Shown: one piece after another, positions 38,801-47,607 of the stretch
Layout: each line of letters starts with the position of its first letter
Position numbering within the stretch: position 1 is the stretch's first letter
Origin: a virus
Lineage: Duplodnaviria > Caudoviricetes
IMG/VR virus record: IMGVR_UViG_3300020182_000034
Span: 1 to 61,762 of that record
Length of the DNA: 61,762 bases
Reading direction: 5' to 3' (one strand)
Translations under genes and position numbers: made by a program
The notes under the pieces: generated by a model
What the model was told of the DNA's origin: nothing
Databases searched by the model: none
What the model saw: only the letters and a program-made list of their open reading frames with translations

Positions 38801-41800
38801 TGTTGGGCGCTGGGGACGCAACATTTGGAGATAATGTTACTGAAATTTTTGACGAGCCTCCTTTGCATATAAACTTGGAAGGTATAGAGGAGGCTACTGG
38901 TTATTATTATAAAATTTTACCTTTTGATGATTTTGGGTCTGGAGAATTGTTTAGGGTGAACCCTAGTAATAACGGGGGGCTTGATAAAATTATAGTTTAT
39001 CCAAAAAACTTTCACAGTCAAAACCCGACAGCCCCAATTGGCGAAATCCCCAAGGCAAAACAGCCCAACCTGGGTCCAGATGGAGGTATAATTTTATACG
39101 AATCTATTCCTGGTCCGGTACAGAATTTAACTGGAGATACCGCATTCGTAAATTATTTTTTAAATTGGGATATTCCTGGCTCAGAGAAGGACGAAAACAA
39201 TAACTTTATCAAAAAAATTCCTAATGACGTTGATTATTATGAAGTTTGGGAGTCTACGGGTAGATATATAAGTTATAGCTTGGACGGAGGGTCAACTTCG
39301 CTCCTTTTAGAAGAAGCAAATAATCTGAATGGCTACAGAAGAATCCTTGGGGACCTTGAAAGCTATGGAAGTGTGCCTGTCGAAGAAATTGATATTGCAG
39401 AAAGTATAGTTGATGCAAGAAATATATTTGATGTTGATGCTCGATCTTTATCTTTGGAAGCTACTCACAAGGGAGAGGTCAATGACCGAAGATTCTTTTG
39501 GGTTAGGCCTGTAGATTTTGCGGGCAACAAGGGACCTTTCGTTGGGTCTTCTTCCGGTGGGGATTATGTTGAAGGTTTGGAGCTAACATTAGGACAAGCA
39601 AAAACTACAGATATTGCAGACTTTGAGCAAAATATAACAAAAACATTTCCTAATACAGTAGCTTTAGTTCCGAATGATCCTTTTAAGAATCAATCTCCCG
39701 ACAGCTCATCTATATCTTGGGAGGGTCATTATTTGTATAATAACGGAACTGGTTATTATATTTCTGCAGGCAGCACAGACGACAAGTTTGTTTATTTTAC
39801 AGGAAGCTCTTTAGAGCTAACCACAAACCAAAAGGAGCAAGAATTAAAGCTGGGTCAAGCTGGGGGAGGGGCTCTTGACGACTCCAAAAATAATCCCCTT
39901 AGGAATGTAGTTTTTACTGGAGATTACAATTCTGTAAATTATCATCCCGCTGGACAGGGAGAGGGTACTGACAATGAACTTCCGGCAGTAGTAGATGATA
40001 GCGATTTTATAATAGCAAGAAATGCAAACGGCGTGGCCTCTCCAATGTGGCATGCGTTCGCCAACGCATTGATTGGTAGTGCTCACATAGAGAACGCAGC
40101 TATTACAAATGCAAAAATTCATAATTTAACTGCAGATAAAATTAGAAGCGCAGAAATAAAAGGTCAAGATATTCAGATAGGCCTTAGTGGAAGCACTCCT
40201 GATGGTCAAATTAGGAGCGCTGGATTTGAAGGTCTTGCCGATACAGGTAAGGGTTTTGTGGTTAGTGGCGATGGAAGTTTCGTTTTCGCCGCTGATGATG
40301 GAAGGTTATATTTTGACGACGGAGAGCTAGTGTTGGAGGGAAAATTAAGACAAGTTGATGGAAAAGAATACACGTTCATAGATCTCAACGCTTCCCCATC
40401 CTCTTTCTTTTATAATGAAATGTCTGACGGAACCTATGATCCCGATCACTCTGAGGATGATTGTATTATTTCTGCCAATTTTCAAAACAGCTCGATAGAC
40501 GCGACCGAGGTTAGGTTTAAAGTGTCTGCCCCAGGCGGTTATGAATTTATTAAGTATTCCGATCACACAGCAGGAAAATACGATATAAGCGGGTTTACTT
40601 ATGACCCAGGCTATAATTTTACCAATGGAGAACCAAAGGTTGCAAAAGCAAAGTTCGAGGTTACCGGATTTGACAAGATGATCAAAGCGTTCGATGATCA
40701 GTTAACTACAATTATCGTTTCAGCATCTGGGGAAAAAACTTCTTACGAAAAATCTATACCAATAAACTTTATTGCAGATGGAGCTGCAGCTATATATGCA
40801 GAATTGAGTGTTGATCAACAGGTATATAAGTATAACTATGATGGTATTTTTGCTGATGATAATAAAAATTTAAATTTAAGTAGTTCTGTTTTTAATGTTT
40901 CAGATGTTGGTGTTATAAGTTATACATATTCTACTGGTAAAAGTTTATCTAGTTTGGAGGAAGTTGTTTCTAATGGTGATAACTGTGAGATAATTGATTT
41001 TCATAATGATGGTTTGGGCTCGTATGAGAATACTCCATTTGTTGCTCAGTTGGAAGTTGAAGATGCTGATGGTATTTTGCTTGCTTCTGATTTTGTTTCT
41101 GTGTATGGTAATATGCCAGGCAAGGATTCGTATACTGTATACCTAACAAACGAAAATCATACATATCCTGCTACCGAAGATGGAGCAGTAACCACAACCG
41201 AACTCGCGAATGTCGGCACCGAGATAAAATTCTCTAGAGGTATCGAAGAGTATTCTTTCTCGGAAAATGGTGCCGATTTAACTTTTAGTACTGGAGTGAT
41301 TTCCTCATCCGATGGAGGTGTTGAAGTTTCTATTGATAGAACAAATCCTGGCAGCCCAATTATTCGGATATCTGAATACCCAGTAGGTAGCAATGAGGGT
41401 TATCTTACTATTCCTATATATGATAATGGATACCCTAATCAAAGCGTTAGTTTTGAGAAAGTATATACATACTCAAAGGCAACGGAAGGTGTTGATGCTA
41501 GAAAGGTGGATTTAACCGCAGATCAACAAGTGGTAACTTATAACTCTGAGGGGACATCTCTTACATCTCCAATTACTTTTATAACATTAACTGCTGCAAG
41601 CAAAAATACAAAGGGCTCAAGCGTAGAATATAAATTTACTAAGGGAGTTGGTTTTTTAGGATCGTTGAAAGATGTATCGGGCGGTGATTATGATGGAGAT
41701 TGGATCGCGAGCAATGAGGTTCATTATTATCCTCCAACTAGTAGGGCAGGTAGTTTTAACTCAGACACGATTAAGGTCGAAATTCGCGAAGTTGAGGGGA

Positions 41801-44682
41801 TCACATTGGCAGAAGATATACTGAGTGTTTACGCAGTACAAGATGGCTCTGATGTTATTACAGCGATATTAAGTAATGAAGCGCATGCTTTAACAAGAGA
41901 TAGTAATGGGGTTGTTAATTATTCCGGAAGTGGAACTAAGATACAAGTATTTCAGGGTGCGGTAGCACTAGCTTACGAAGGTAATCCTGGCAACAGCAAG
42001 TTCGAAGTTTCCGTATCGGCGACTGATATTTCCGCAAATCAAGACGCAAGCGACAAAAGCCTGTTTAATGCTGCGTCAGCACTAACCACTGACAGCAAGA
42101 GCGCAAAAATAGAGTTCACAATAACCGGAAAAAATTCAGAAGGAGTAAGCTTTTCAATAGTTAAAGATCAGACATTTTCAGTTTCCGATCAGGGGGCCAG
42201 TGGCTCTAGTGGGTCCACCCCAGTTTACCGAGGTGTTTGGAAGAGCGATGAACAATATTACGGCCCAACAGCCAATTCTAAAAGAGCGGATATAGTATAT
42301 AGAGATCAGGAGAGTAAGTACTTTATAGCTCTTAAGGATCACCTTTCCAGTCCAGACTTTATTTACGACAAAGGCGCTGGTAATTGGACAACATTTGGCA
42401 CAGAGTTCGAAAGTGTTGCGACTAAATTGTTACTAGCTGAGGACGCAATTATAACTCAAAGTTTAACGATGGGATCTGCAGACCCATCAAACCCTAACGC
42501 AGGAACTGGGGGAGTTATAAAAACGGTAGGAAAAGAATTTGGAAATGGGGTCACGGGATTCTTCTTTGGGAACGAAGGATCAAGCCCACAGTTTGACGTA
42601 GGGGGAAGCAGTTCTTATATTAGATTTAATTCTGAGGAGGATAGAGTTGAGATTAAAGGATCGTTGACTGTTAATAGTGTTGATTACGGGGCAGGATTAA
42701 GCCGCGAATCTACAACTGGCCCTGACGCTTCATTTATTGGTGGTGGGTACGAAAATAAAATAACAGGGTCACAGGTGGGCTCAGCTGGACTCGCCTCTTC
42801 AATAATTGGCGGAGCAAAAAACGAAATCAGCGGAAGATTTTCTGTTGTTTGTGGAGGTTTTGAGAATATGGTCGGGGACAATTTTTCTGCAATCGTTGCT
42901 GGATATAATAATGAAATGCCAAATCTTGAGGTTGACAATCAAGGAGCTAACTTTATCGGAGCAGGAGTGGGCAATACAGTTGACGGAGGAACCTCTCAAT
43001 CCATAATAAATGGAAGCAATAATGTTATTTCTCAAACTGGACTATGGAATAAAAGCACGCCACTGTCAGACCCTCAGCAGGGTTGGCTGTCTCCAGGTTT
43101 TTTAGGAGAGTTTAGTGGTTACGGATTGCTCAGTAGACATAATGTTAGCGCTAATTTTATACAAGAAAGGCCAGGTTGGGTCGAAAATTCTTGGTGGCCA
43201 TCATATCAGCAAGAAGATTGGGGCGATTCTTCGCTTGGGGAAGAAATTTTCTTTGGCACGTTCCGAGGCATAAACAAATCTTCGTGGGTTTACTCCGTGG
43301 ATTTCGGTTGGAGTTATTTTGCAGATAGGGATCAAGAGGTATACGACGATTCACATTATCAAGTCTATAATAATTTGTATGGTTATGCATACCCCAGCAT
43401 AGATGGCATGTGGGTTCACATGCAAGGTTTCAATACCGCTCATATAGGTTGGTATTTTTGGTTCAAGAGCGAAGATGTCGCCCTCAAGTCTTACCCAGGG
43501 CAAGACAAGGTCATACGATTGTCTCGCCTAATGGCAGATGGTACTTACTTGGATTATTTTTTAAGAAAAAATGCAACTTCTGGGCGCATCGAGTTGACCG
43601 CAGGCGGCCCCAACCCCTGGGTTGATGCGATCGACTATTCGACTGGCGCCACTTTTACCGGAACAGACACTGACGGCGACGGTATAGATGACGGCGTTGA
43701 TACAGACAACACAGACGGACCACTTGCAGATTCAGATGGAGATGGAGTAATTAATCAGAACGATAATTTTCCAAACAATCCAAACCGCGCAAGCGGAACG
43801 GACACTGACGGCGACGGTATAGATGACGAATTTGATACAGACAACACAGACGGACCACTTGCAGATTCAGATGGAGACGGAGTGATTAATCAAAACGATA
43901 ATTTTCCAAACAATCCAAACCGCGCAAGCGGAACGGACACTGACGGCGACGGTATAGATGACGAATTTGAGATTTTTACCCCAGCAAGTAGAACGGAGCT
44001 TGAAGGCGCGGTGAACGAGTGGGTTGCAGATGAAGCATCTGCGACAATAACGTATGGAGATATTAATACGTGGAACGTAAGTAATATTACAAGTATGTGG
44101 GCGCTTTTTATGAGCAAGGTTGATTTCAATTCAGACATAAGTAATTGGGATGTAAGTAATGTAACAACAATGAGTTACATGTTCTCAAACGCAAGAGCGT
44201 TTAATCAAAACATAAGCTCTTGGAACACATCTTCGGTCATAAGTATGTACTCTATGTTTCAGGATGCATATGCATTTAATCAAAATATTGGCGGCTGGAA
44301 CATTAGCAATGTTGAGAATATAGGCGGCATGTTTCATCAAGCAACCTCTTTTGATCAAGACATAAGCTCTTGGAACACATCTAAGGTTACAGATATGAGC
44401 TGGACATTTAAGGGTGCCGAATCTTTTGATCAAAACATTGGTAATTGGAACATTAGTAGTGGCCCAAGTATGAATGAAATGTTTGCACAGGTAACCCTAA
44501 GCGTAGCAAATTACGATGCGATATTAAATGGATTTAAAACTTCAGTTTCCCAGGGAGCAGGTAGTTCTTATGTATTCTTTGCCGGGGGCTCGTCGCAATA
44601 TTCAAGCGCGGGTCAGGCAGCAAGGACCGCTCTTCGAGTCACTTATAATTGGAATATAACGGACGGTGGGCTACAGGCCTAG
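35863..44682 (+). CDS. Giant central fibre/host-specificity protein (gpJ C-terminal-like) with FN3-like, CBM-like, TSP3 and DUF285/BspA-like repeats
   Basis: VRVFAVNSVGIRS, FFWVRPVDFAGNKGP, HIENAAITNAKIHNLTADKI; DTDGDGIDD repeats; FNQNISSWNTSxVxxM repeats. Confidence 0.8.
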   Translation: MATTILGVKFKINDLSANYELIGTSDNYSFSYNLGKGADLVEEGGSNEYSKSVDLYGNYGLFNVRVFAVNSVGIRSQFIQENISISAPEFDGTFSFSNISISNNTEIEGLVLNSPTREDNSLIVSSEYRGRSFLLNWEISPPPGHPKEGESVSSEMISDPFFGHFEIKIQNGDPSAEVLTLNNSEPFKIYLKTDDVDFELANYSQFSLGINEDIFNDISFDRNFDIEVKCFDSLGGSSTGLMVAFNPKPVLSNFLHSFSSSLSSFSWTSESLDLKDVLVKCIAVDSSHELSDKSDLVASYEHIESLNSAPLYTSINGQLYNAGDKVLYSDENVYEALQSHTTTQLTSPNNTIYWLNIGPRVAVDFSEQFTSSKNSFKKYQLWGFSYYFSFQPFDAYGEGDIFNLTKNGLQLQDSGEELMPTTSEVEIQDLQFRERGSDLVFGWRIVDQDGQDVDLDQYKYALSSTEVPQSLGISLSLFDEDSQQPLYTFPAGQNSKTKYLDSSNSIAELNNLSSASVFNTFEYTREINNSIYLDGGFPANAAEFDSELVYSPDQLSSLVFIQGGTDNYLYKSITQNSATNPYARPLYTSWSSNEDFYSSKPGVSADIVEFNGSLYTILQDVGPSSPFSLGIFNENNSYSVGDLVVHPSQYLEVFDPSLPYRRGELVMSQGSAFECLITQTEGNAVNPYSSETFWEKKLFVVDVHCAVFEMVHDASADQFGETPGSSNSAWQAIDPENSPQHFHLFAAKYSLDISEWSSFTYFAYGQLVVFKNDIWVCIQAHNQNQLPVDSKVPDESESFWSQNDLSTSLDIFTENQVGDLAFYNNSLYKCISDNPTGAPIRAEQSTDRESLSNYQDCQWLPFWEQNDDYGPVFGHIGIPEKGKRDVVASVSLLNNFGEILNSKSVVATNPPPKILPQGFSVDSTSMASRIKFNFNYDQGFQEKTTKVNLYRSSVQDFDITGSDKFPLEHIGEDSTFVKSVLGAGDATFGDNVTEIFDEPPLHINLEGIEEATGYYYKILPFDDFGSGELFRVNPSNNGGLDKIIVYPKNFHSQNPTAPIGEIPKAKQPNLGPDGGIILYESIPGPVQNLTGDTAFVNYFLNWDIPGSEKDENNNFIKKIPNDVDYYEVWESTGRYISYSLDGGSTSLLLEEANNLNGYRRILGDLESYGSVPVEEIDIAESIVDARNIFDVDARSLSLEATHKGEVNDRRFFWVRPVDFAGNKGPFVGSSSGGDYVEGLELTLGQAKTTDIADFEQNITKTFPNTVALVPNDPFKNQSPDSSSISWEGHYLYNNGTGYYISAGSTDDKFVYFTGSSLELTTNQKEQELKLGQAGGGALDDSKNNPLRNVVFTGDYNSVNYHPAGQGEGTDNELPAVVDDSDFIIARNANGVASPMWHAFANALIGSAHIENAAITNAKIHNLTADKIRSAEIKGQDIQIGLSGSTPDGQIRSAGFEGLADTGKGFVVSGDGSFVFAADDGRLYFDDGELVLEGKLRQVDGKEYTFIDLNASPSSFFYNEMSDGTYDPDHSEDDCIISANFQNSSIDATEVRFKVSAPGGYEFIKYSDHTAGKYDISGFTYDPGYNFTNGEPKVAKAKFEVTGFDKMIKAFDDQLTTIIVSASGEKTSYEKSIPINFIADGAAAIYAELSVDQQVYKYNYDGIFADDNKNLNLSSSVFNVSDVGVISYTYSTGKSLSSLEEVVSNGDNCEIIDFHNDGLGSYENTPFVAQLEVEDADGILLASDFVSVYGNMPGKDSYTVYLTNENHTYPATEDGAVTTTELANVGTEIKFSRGIEEYSFSENGADLTFSTGVISSSDGGVEVSIDRTNPGSPIIRISEYPVGSNEGYLTIPIYDNGYPNQSVSFEKVYTYSKATEGVDARKVDLTADQQVVTYNSEGTSLTSPITFITLTAASKNTKGSSVEYKFTKGVGFLGSLKDVSGGDYDGDWIASNEVHYYPPTSRAGSFNSDTIKVEIREVEGITLAEDILSVYAVQDGSDVITAILSNEAHALTRDSNGVVNYSGSGTKIQVFQGAVALAYEGNPGNSKFEVSVSATDISANQDASDKSLFNAASALTTDSKSAKIEFTITGKNSEGVSFSIVKDQTFSVSDQGASGSSGSTPVYRGVWKSDEQYYGPTANSKRADIVYRDQESKYFIALKDHLSSPDFIYDKGAGNWTTFGTEFESVATKLLLAEDAIITQSLTMGSADPSNPNAGTGGVIKTVGKEFGNGVTGFFFGNEGSSPQFDVGGSSSYIRFNSEEDRVEIKGSLTVNSVDYGAGLSRESTTGPDASFIGGGYENKITGSQVGSAGLASSIIGGAKNEISGRFSVVCGGFENMVGDNFSAIVAGYNNEMPNLEVDNQGANFIGAGVGNTVDGGTSQSIINGSNNVISQTGLWNKSTPLSDPQQGWLSPGFLGEFSGYGLLSRHNVSANFIQERPGWVENSWWPSYQQEDWGDSSLGEEIFFGTFRGINKSSWVYSVDFGWSYFADRDQEVYDDSHYQVYNNLYGYAYPSIDGMWVHMQGFNTAHIGWYFWFKSEDVALKSYPGQDKVIRLSRLMADGTYLDYFLRKNATSGRIELTAGGPNPWVDAIDYSTGATFTGTDTDGDGIDDGVDTDNTDGPLADSDGDGVINQNDNFPNNPNRASGTDTDGDGIDDEFDTDNTDGPLADSDGDGVINQNDNFPNNPNRASGTDTDGDGIDDEFEIFTPASRTELEGAVNEWVADEASATITYGDINTWNVSNITSMWALFMSKVDFNSDISNWDVSNVTTMSYMFSNARAFNQNISSWNTSSVISMYSMFQDAYAFNQNIGGWNISNVENIGGMFHQATSFDQDISSWNTSKVTDMSWTFKGAESFDQNIGNWNISSGPSMNEMFAQVTLSVANYDAILNGFKTSVSQGAGSSYVFFAGGSSQYSSAGQAARTALRVTYNWNITDGGLQA
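43660..43970 (+). repeat. 135-bp tandem repeat (about 2.3 copies) encoding thrombospondin type-3-like Asp-rich repeats
   Basis: Units start at 43660, 43795 and 43930 and are nearly identical. Confidence 0.9.
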
Positions 44683-44701
44683 TAATAAAAATAATTAAAA
44701 A

Positions 44702-45679
44702 ATGATTAACCAACCCTCATCAACACAAGGTTTCAGTGATTATCATGATGATAATAATTTTATTGGCGCTGGCGTCGACAACCAAATAATAAACAGCCAA
44801 AGATGCTCGATCTTGCAGGGCTCTTCAAACTTTATTAGCGGCAAATATAATTGCCACGCAATAGGTGACTACATGGGCACCGACTTTATAACGTTTCAGG
44901 CTGGGGAGTATATTGAATTACAAGACAATTCTTTTAATATTGGTTGCTATAATGGAACTTATTCCTGGGGGCCGATGTTTGCAAAAAGAGGTTTGTCTGT
45001 CACTCACGACGCAGTTTTTGATCGAGAGGTTAGAATTGGTAGCACTAGAAATAGAAATCTCCAGCCGACAGGTTTTTACCCTAACGATTCTTGGATTACC
45101 GGCGCAGCAGGACAAAACGGTGAGCATCACTTCGGAAATGAAGTTGGCTACTTGGACTTTGATGCACAGCTAGACTCAAGCACAATGACTGCAGAATGGG
45201 GGGCAAGAATTCACAATGGATTTATTGTTCACGATAAACCTCTAGGAGAGCCCGACGCAATCGTCTTGAGAGATCAAACCTCTGACATTTTCATAACTTC
45301 AGACCCAAATAAAACAGACAAAATCTCAAACCTCAACGTAGAAGGGGATGTGGTAGCGTTCGGATCATCAGATGAAAGACTTAAGGATAATATATCCTTA
45401 ATAAAGGACCCTCTTGGTAAGGTTTTACTTCTTGACGCTATAGAGTTTGACTGGAATTCTAAACAGCAAGCTTATCGCGGTCACGACTTAGGGTTAATAG
45501 CTCAGCAAGTAGAAGCTGTAGCTCCAGAACTAGTAATCACTAGGTGCGACGGGTACAAAGCAATCAAGTACGAGAAAATAAATTCTTTAGTTGTTGGGGC
45601 TATCAAGCAACAACAAGAGATGATTGATTCCATGAAAGAAGAACTCAAAGAATTAAAAGATAAAATCAATCATTCATAA
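44702..45679 (+). CDS. Tail fibre/spike protein with C-terminal intramolecular chaperone (peptidase S74-like)
   Basis: SSDERLKDNI..FDW..GLIAQQVEAVAPELV..YEKI..AIKQ followed by a coiled coil. Confidence 0.85.
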   Translation: MINQPSSTQGFSDYHDDNNFIGAGVDNQIINSQRCSILQGSSNFISGKYNCHAIGDYMGTDFITFQAGEYIELQDNSFNIGCYNGTYSWGPMFAKRGLSVTHDAVFDREVRIGSTRNRNLQPTGFYPNDSWITGAAGQNGEHHFGNEVGYLDFDAQLDSSTMTAEWGARIHNGFIVHDKPLGEPDAIVLRDQTSDIFITSDPNKTDKISNLNVEGDVVAFGSSDERLKDNISLIKDPLGKVLLLDAIEFDWNSKQQAYRGHDLGLIAQQVEAVAPELVITRCDGYKAIKYEKINSLVVGAIKQQQEMIDSMKEELKELKDKINHS

Positions 45680-46448
45680 CCTTCATTAGAACTCTTGCTT
45701 GAGTCGCCGGTATATCAGAGAAGTCATTCCAGTCTTTTACTGAATCGTTTTTATATTTTCCATCCTTCCACCAATCCCTAAGTATAACTTTAAACTCTTC
45801 AAAGCTAGAACAATTCAATTTGTCTTTAGCTAGGTTCTCTATCATTGAGTGTGGAGTAAGTGTTGGTTGGGAGTTTGATTGACCTCCGAACGATTTAGTG
45901 TTTGACTTGTCTATTTCGTCGTCTCCAACAATATGCACATTAAGAAAGTTTCTTACGCAACGAACAAAAGCTCTATTGCAGGCTATTGTTTCTAGAAATT
46001 TAGTAGCAAAACTGCTTGTATTATCTAATGTTGCGTTTGCTATATCCTGAAAAACCACTTCTCCATTTCCTGTTTCATAATTAGGCAGAAACTTAACCCT
46101 ACAGGTAACAGCTACATGATCAAACCCACACTTAACAACGTCGTATGATACATCTGAAAATCCTCGCAGTTTTGCAAGCTCTTTGATTCCGCTTAATTTT
46201 ATTAATAATTGATGGTCACCTAGCCCAACTATACTTCTTGGTAAATCTTTCTTTCTTAGGTCGAACCACGATCTATTTGGGAATAGGTGCTCGTCCTTTA
46301 TCATAGACCTCCAGTTGACAGATCCATCTTCATCGAATATATAATCTACGTTGTCTAGCAGTCCAAATTCATTTCTTCTAAAAAGTCCAGGACCTTCTTT
46401 ATAGTTTTTGATGTACTCTGTTTCAGTTTGTTTTGTCTTTGTTACCAT
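45666..46448 (-). CDS. Putative ssDNA-annealing recombinase (Rad52/Sak/RecT-like)
   Basis: GIKELAKLRGF..VAVTCRV..ETIACNRAFVRCVRNFLNV..DDEI resembles the SSAP core; inference only. Confidence 0.4.
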   Translation of the reverse strand: MVTKTKQTETEYIKNYKEGPGLFRRNEFGLLDNVDYIFDEDGSVNWRSMIKDEHLFPNRSWFDLRKKDLPRSIVGLGDHQLLIKLSGIKELAKLRGFSDVSYDVVKCGFDHVAVTCRVKFLPNYETGNGEVVFQDIANATLDNTSSFATKFLETIACNRAFVRCVRNFLNVHIVGDDEIDKSNTKSFGGQSNSQPTLTPHSMIENLAKDKLNCSSFEEFKVILRDWWKDGKYKNDSVKDWNDFSDIPATQARVLMKVMND

Positions 46449-47607
46449 GATTGTTTTCGTTGTAAATTCTTAATATGTTTAAGTCTTCCCAGAACTCCGG
46501 GCAGTCAATGATTTTATTGTGATTTCCTTGTTTGTCATATTTCCAGGCAGCTTTACTGTTGTAAATTTGACCTCCAGCTATTATCTTCATTGAGCATTTA
46601 TAACGAGAATTATCGCACACTTTGTTCGAGTTGTCAAGATCTTTTTTTGTTTTTGTTTTTATAAACATGATTGGCCAGTCAAAAAATTTAATTCTTAATT
46701 CATTTATGTTTTCTTCATTTTTGCACAAAAGATTTAATTTAATTCCTAATTTTTCTATTGCTGTAAAATATTTAGGATTGTCTTTTTCTGATACATAGTA
46801 GTTTATTAAATTGATATTATCTTTTATTACTCGCAAATACTTTAATTCCATAGGTTGATCTAGGAATATATTACATTTTCTATCGTACGCCCACTTTGCG
46901 ATATTGGGTTGATCGAAGCATTCGTGCCCCCAAATGTTAACAGGTTGCCCTTTGGCGAACGTCTTTGGCATGATATGGTTTGGTACAACTGATATGGATG
47001 GAGTTTTGTATTCAACCCCCATGTGAAGTGTTTCGACGCTATCTATGTTATGTTTGATATTTAACAAATTAAGTACCGACCTTGCAATAGTCTCAGGTTT
47101 AATAAAATTAATTGTCTTCGGGGACTCCTTGCTTGAAAATGAAGGCTTTAGCCCTCCCCTGTCCGACTCTATTAAAATTTGATTGTTTTTATCTCCCCAG
47201 TATGGACCACAACATTCTTTGTAGAGAACACTGTATAGGCAGACTAGTTTTTTGTTAAATCCTGATGCCACGTGCGTAGTGAATGAGTCGTTGCCAAAAT
47301 GAAGTAGTGATTTTTCAATGACGTAAGCAGTTTGCCTTATGGAGGTGTTGCCATTATAGTGATTACATTCTTTGACGGCTTTATCTTCTTTAGCTCCAAC
47401 CTGTACAACTTCTATCCCTTCCTCTTTTAAGTAGGGGCTAATCAACGTCATTACATCTGGAAAATAATCATAATTCTTTGCCTCCATTCCGCTGCTCGCA
47501 TGCAGGGTTATGTATTTTTTAAAAGGTATCGGAAAGAATGAAGTTTCTATATGGGGCTTGCCTATTTTAACCCCACAAGATAGCGCGTATTGTTCTATTA
47601 AGTGCAT
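46423..47607 (-). CDS. Glycosyltransferase family 9-like protein (C-terminal lobe plus an unknown domain)
   Basis: YITLHASS..KNY, VVQVG, TSIRQTAYVI..HFGNDSFTTHVASGFNKKLVCLY. Confidence 0.7.
   Translation of the reverse strand: MHLIEQYALSCGVKIGKPHIETSFFPIPFKKYITLHASSGMEAKNYDYFPDVMTLISPYLKEEGIEVVQVGAKEDKAVKECNHYNGNTSIRQTAYVIEKSLLHFGNDSFTTHVASGFNKKLVCLYSVLYKECCGPYWGDKNNQILIESDRGGLKPSFSSKESPKTINFIKPETIARSVLNLLNIKHNIDSVETLHMGVEYKTPSISVVPNHIMPKTFAKGQPVNIWGHECFDQPNIAKWAYDRKCNIFLDQPMELKYLRVIKDNINLINYYVSEKDNPKYFTAIEKLGIKLNLLCKNEENINELRIKFFDWPIMFIKTKTKKDLDNSNKVCDNSRYKCSMKIIAGGQIYNSKAAWKYDKQGNHNKIIDCPEFWEDLNILRIYNENNHGNKDKTN

Noticed and set aside
43975-45679. Diversity-generating retroelement targeting fibre C-termini
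   Set aside because: No reverse transcriptase and no template/variable repeat pair differing at adenines found in this window
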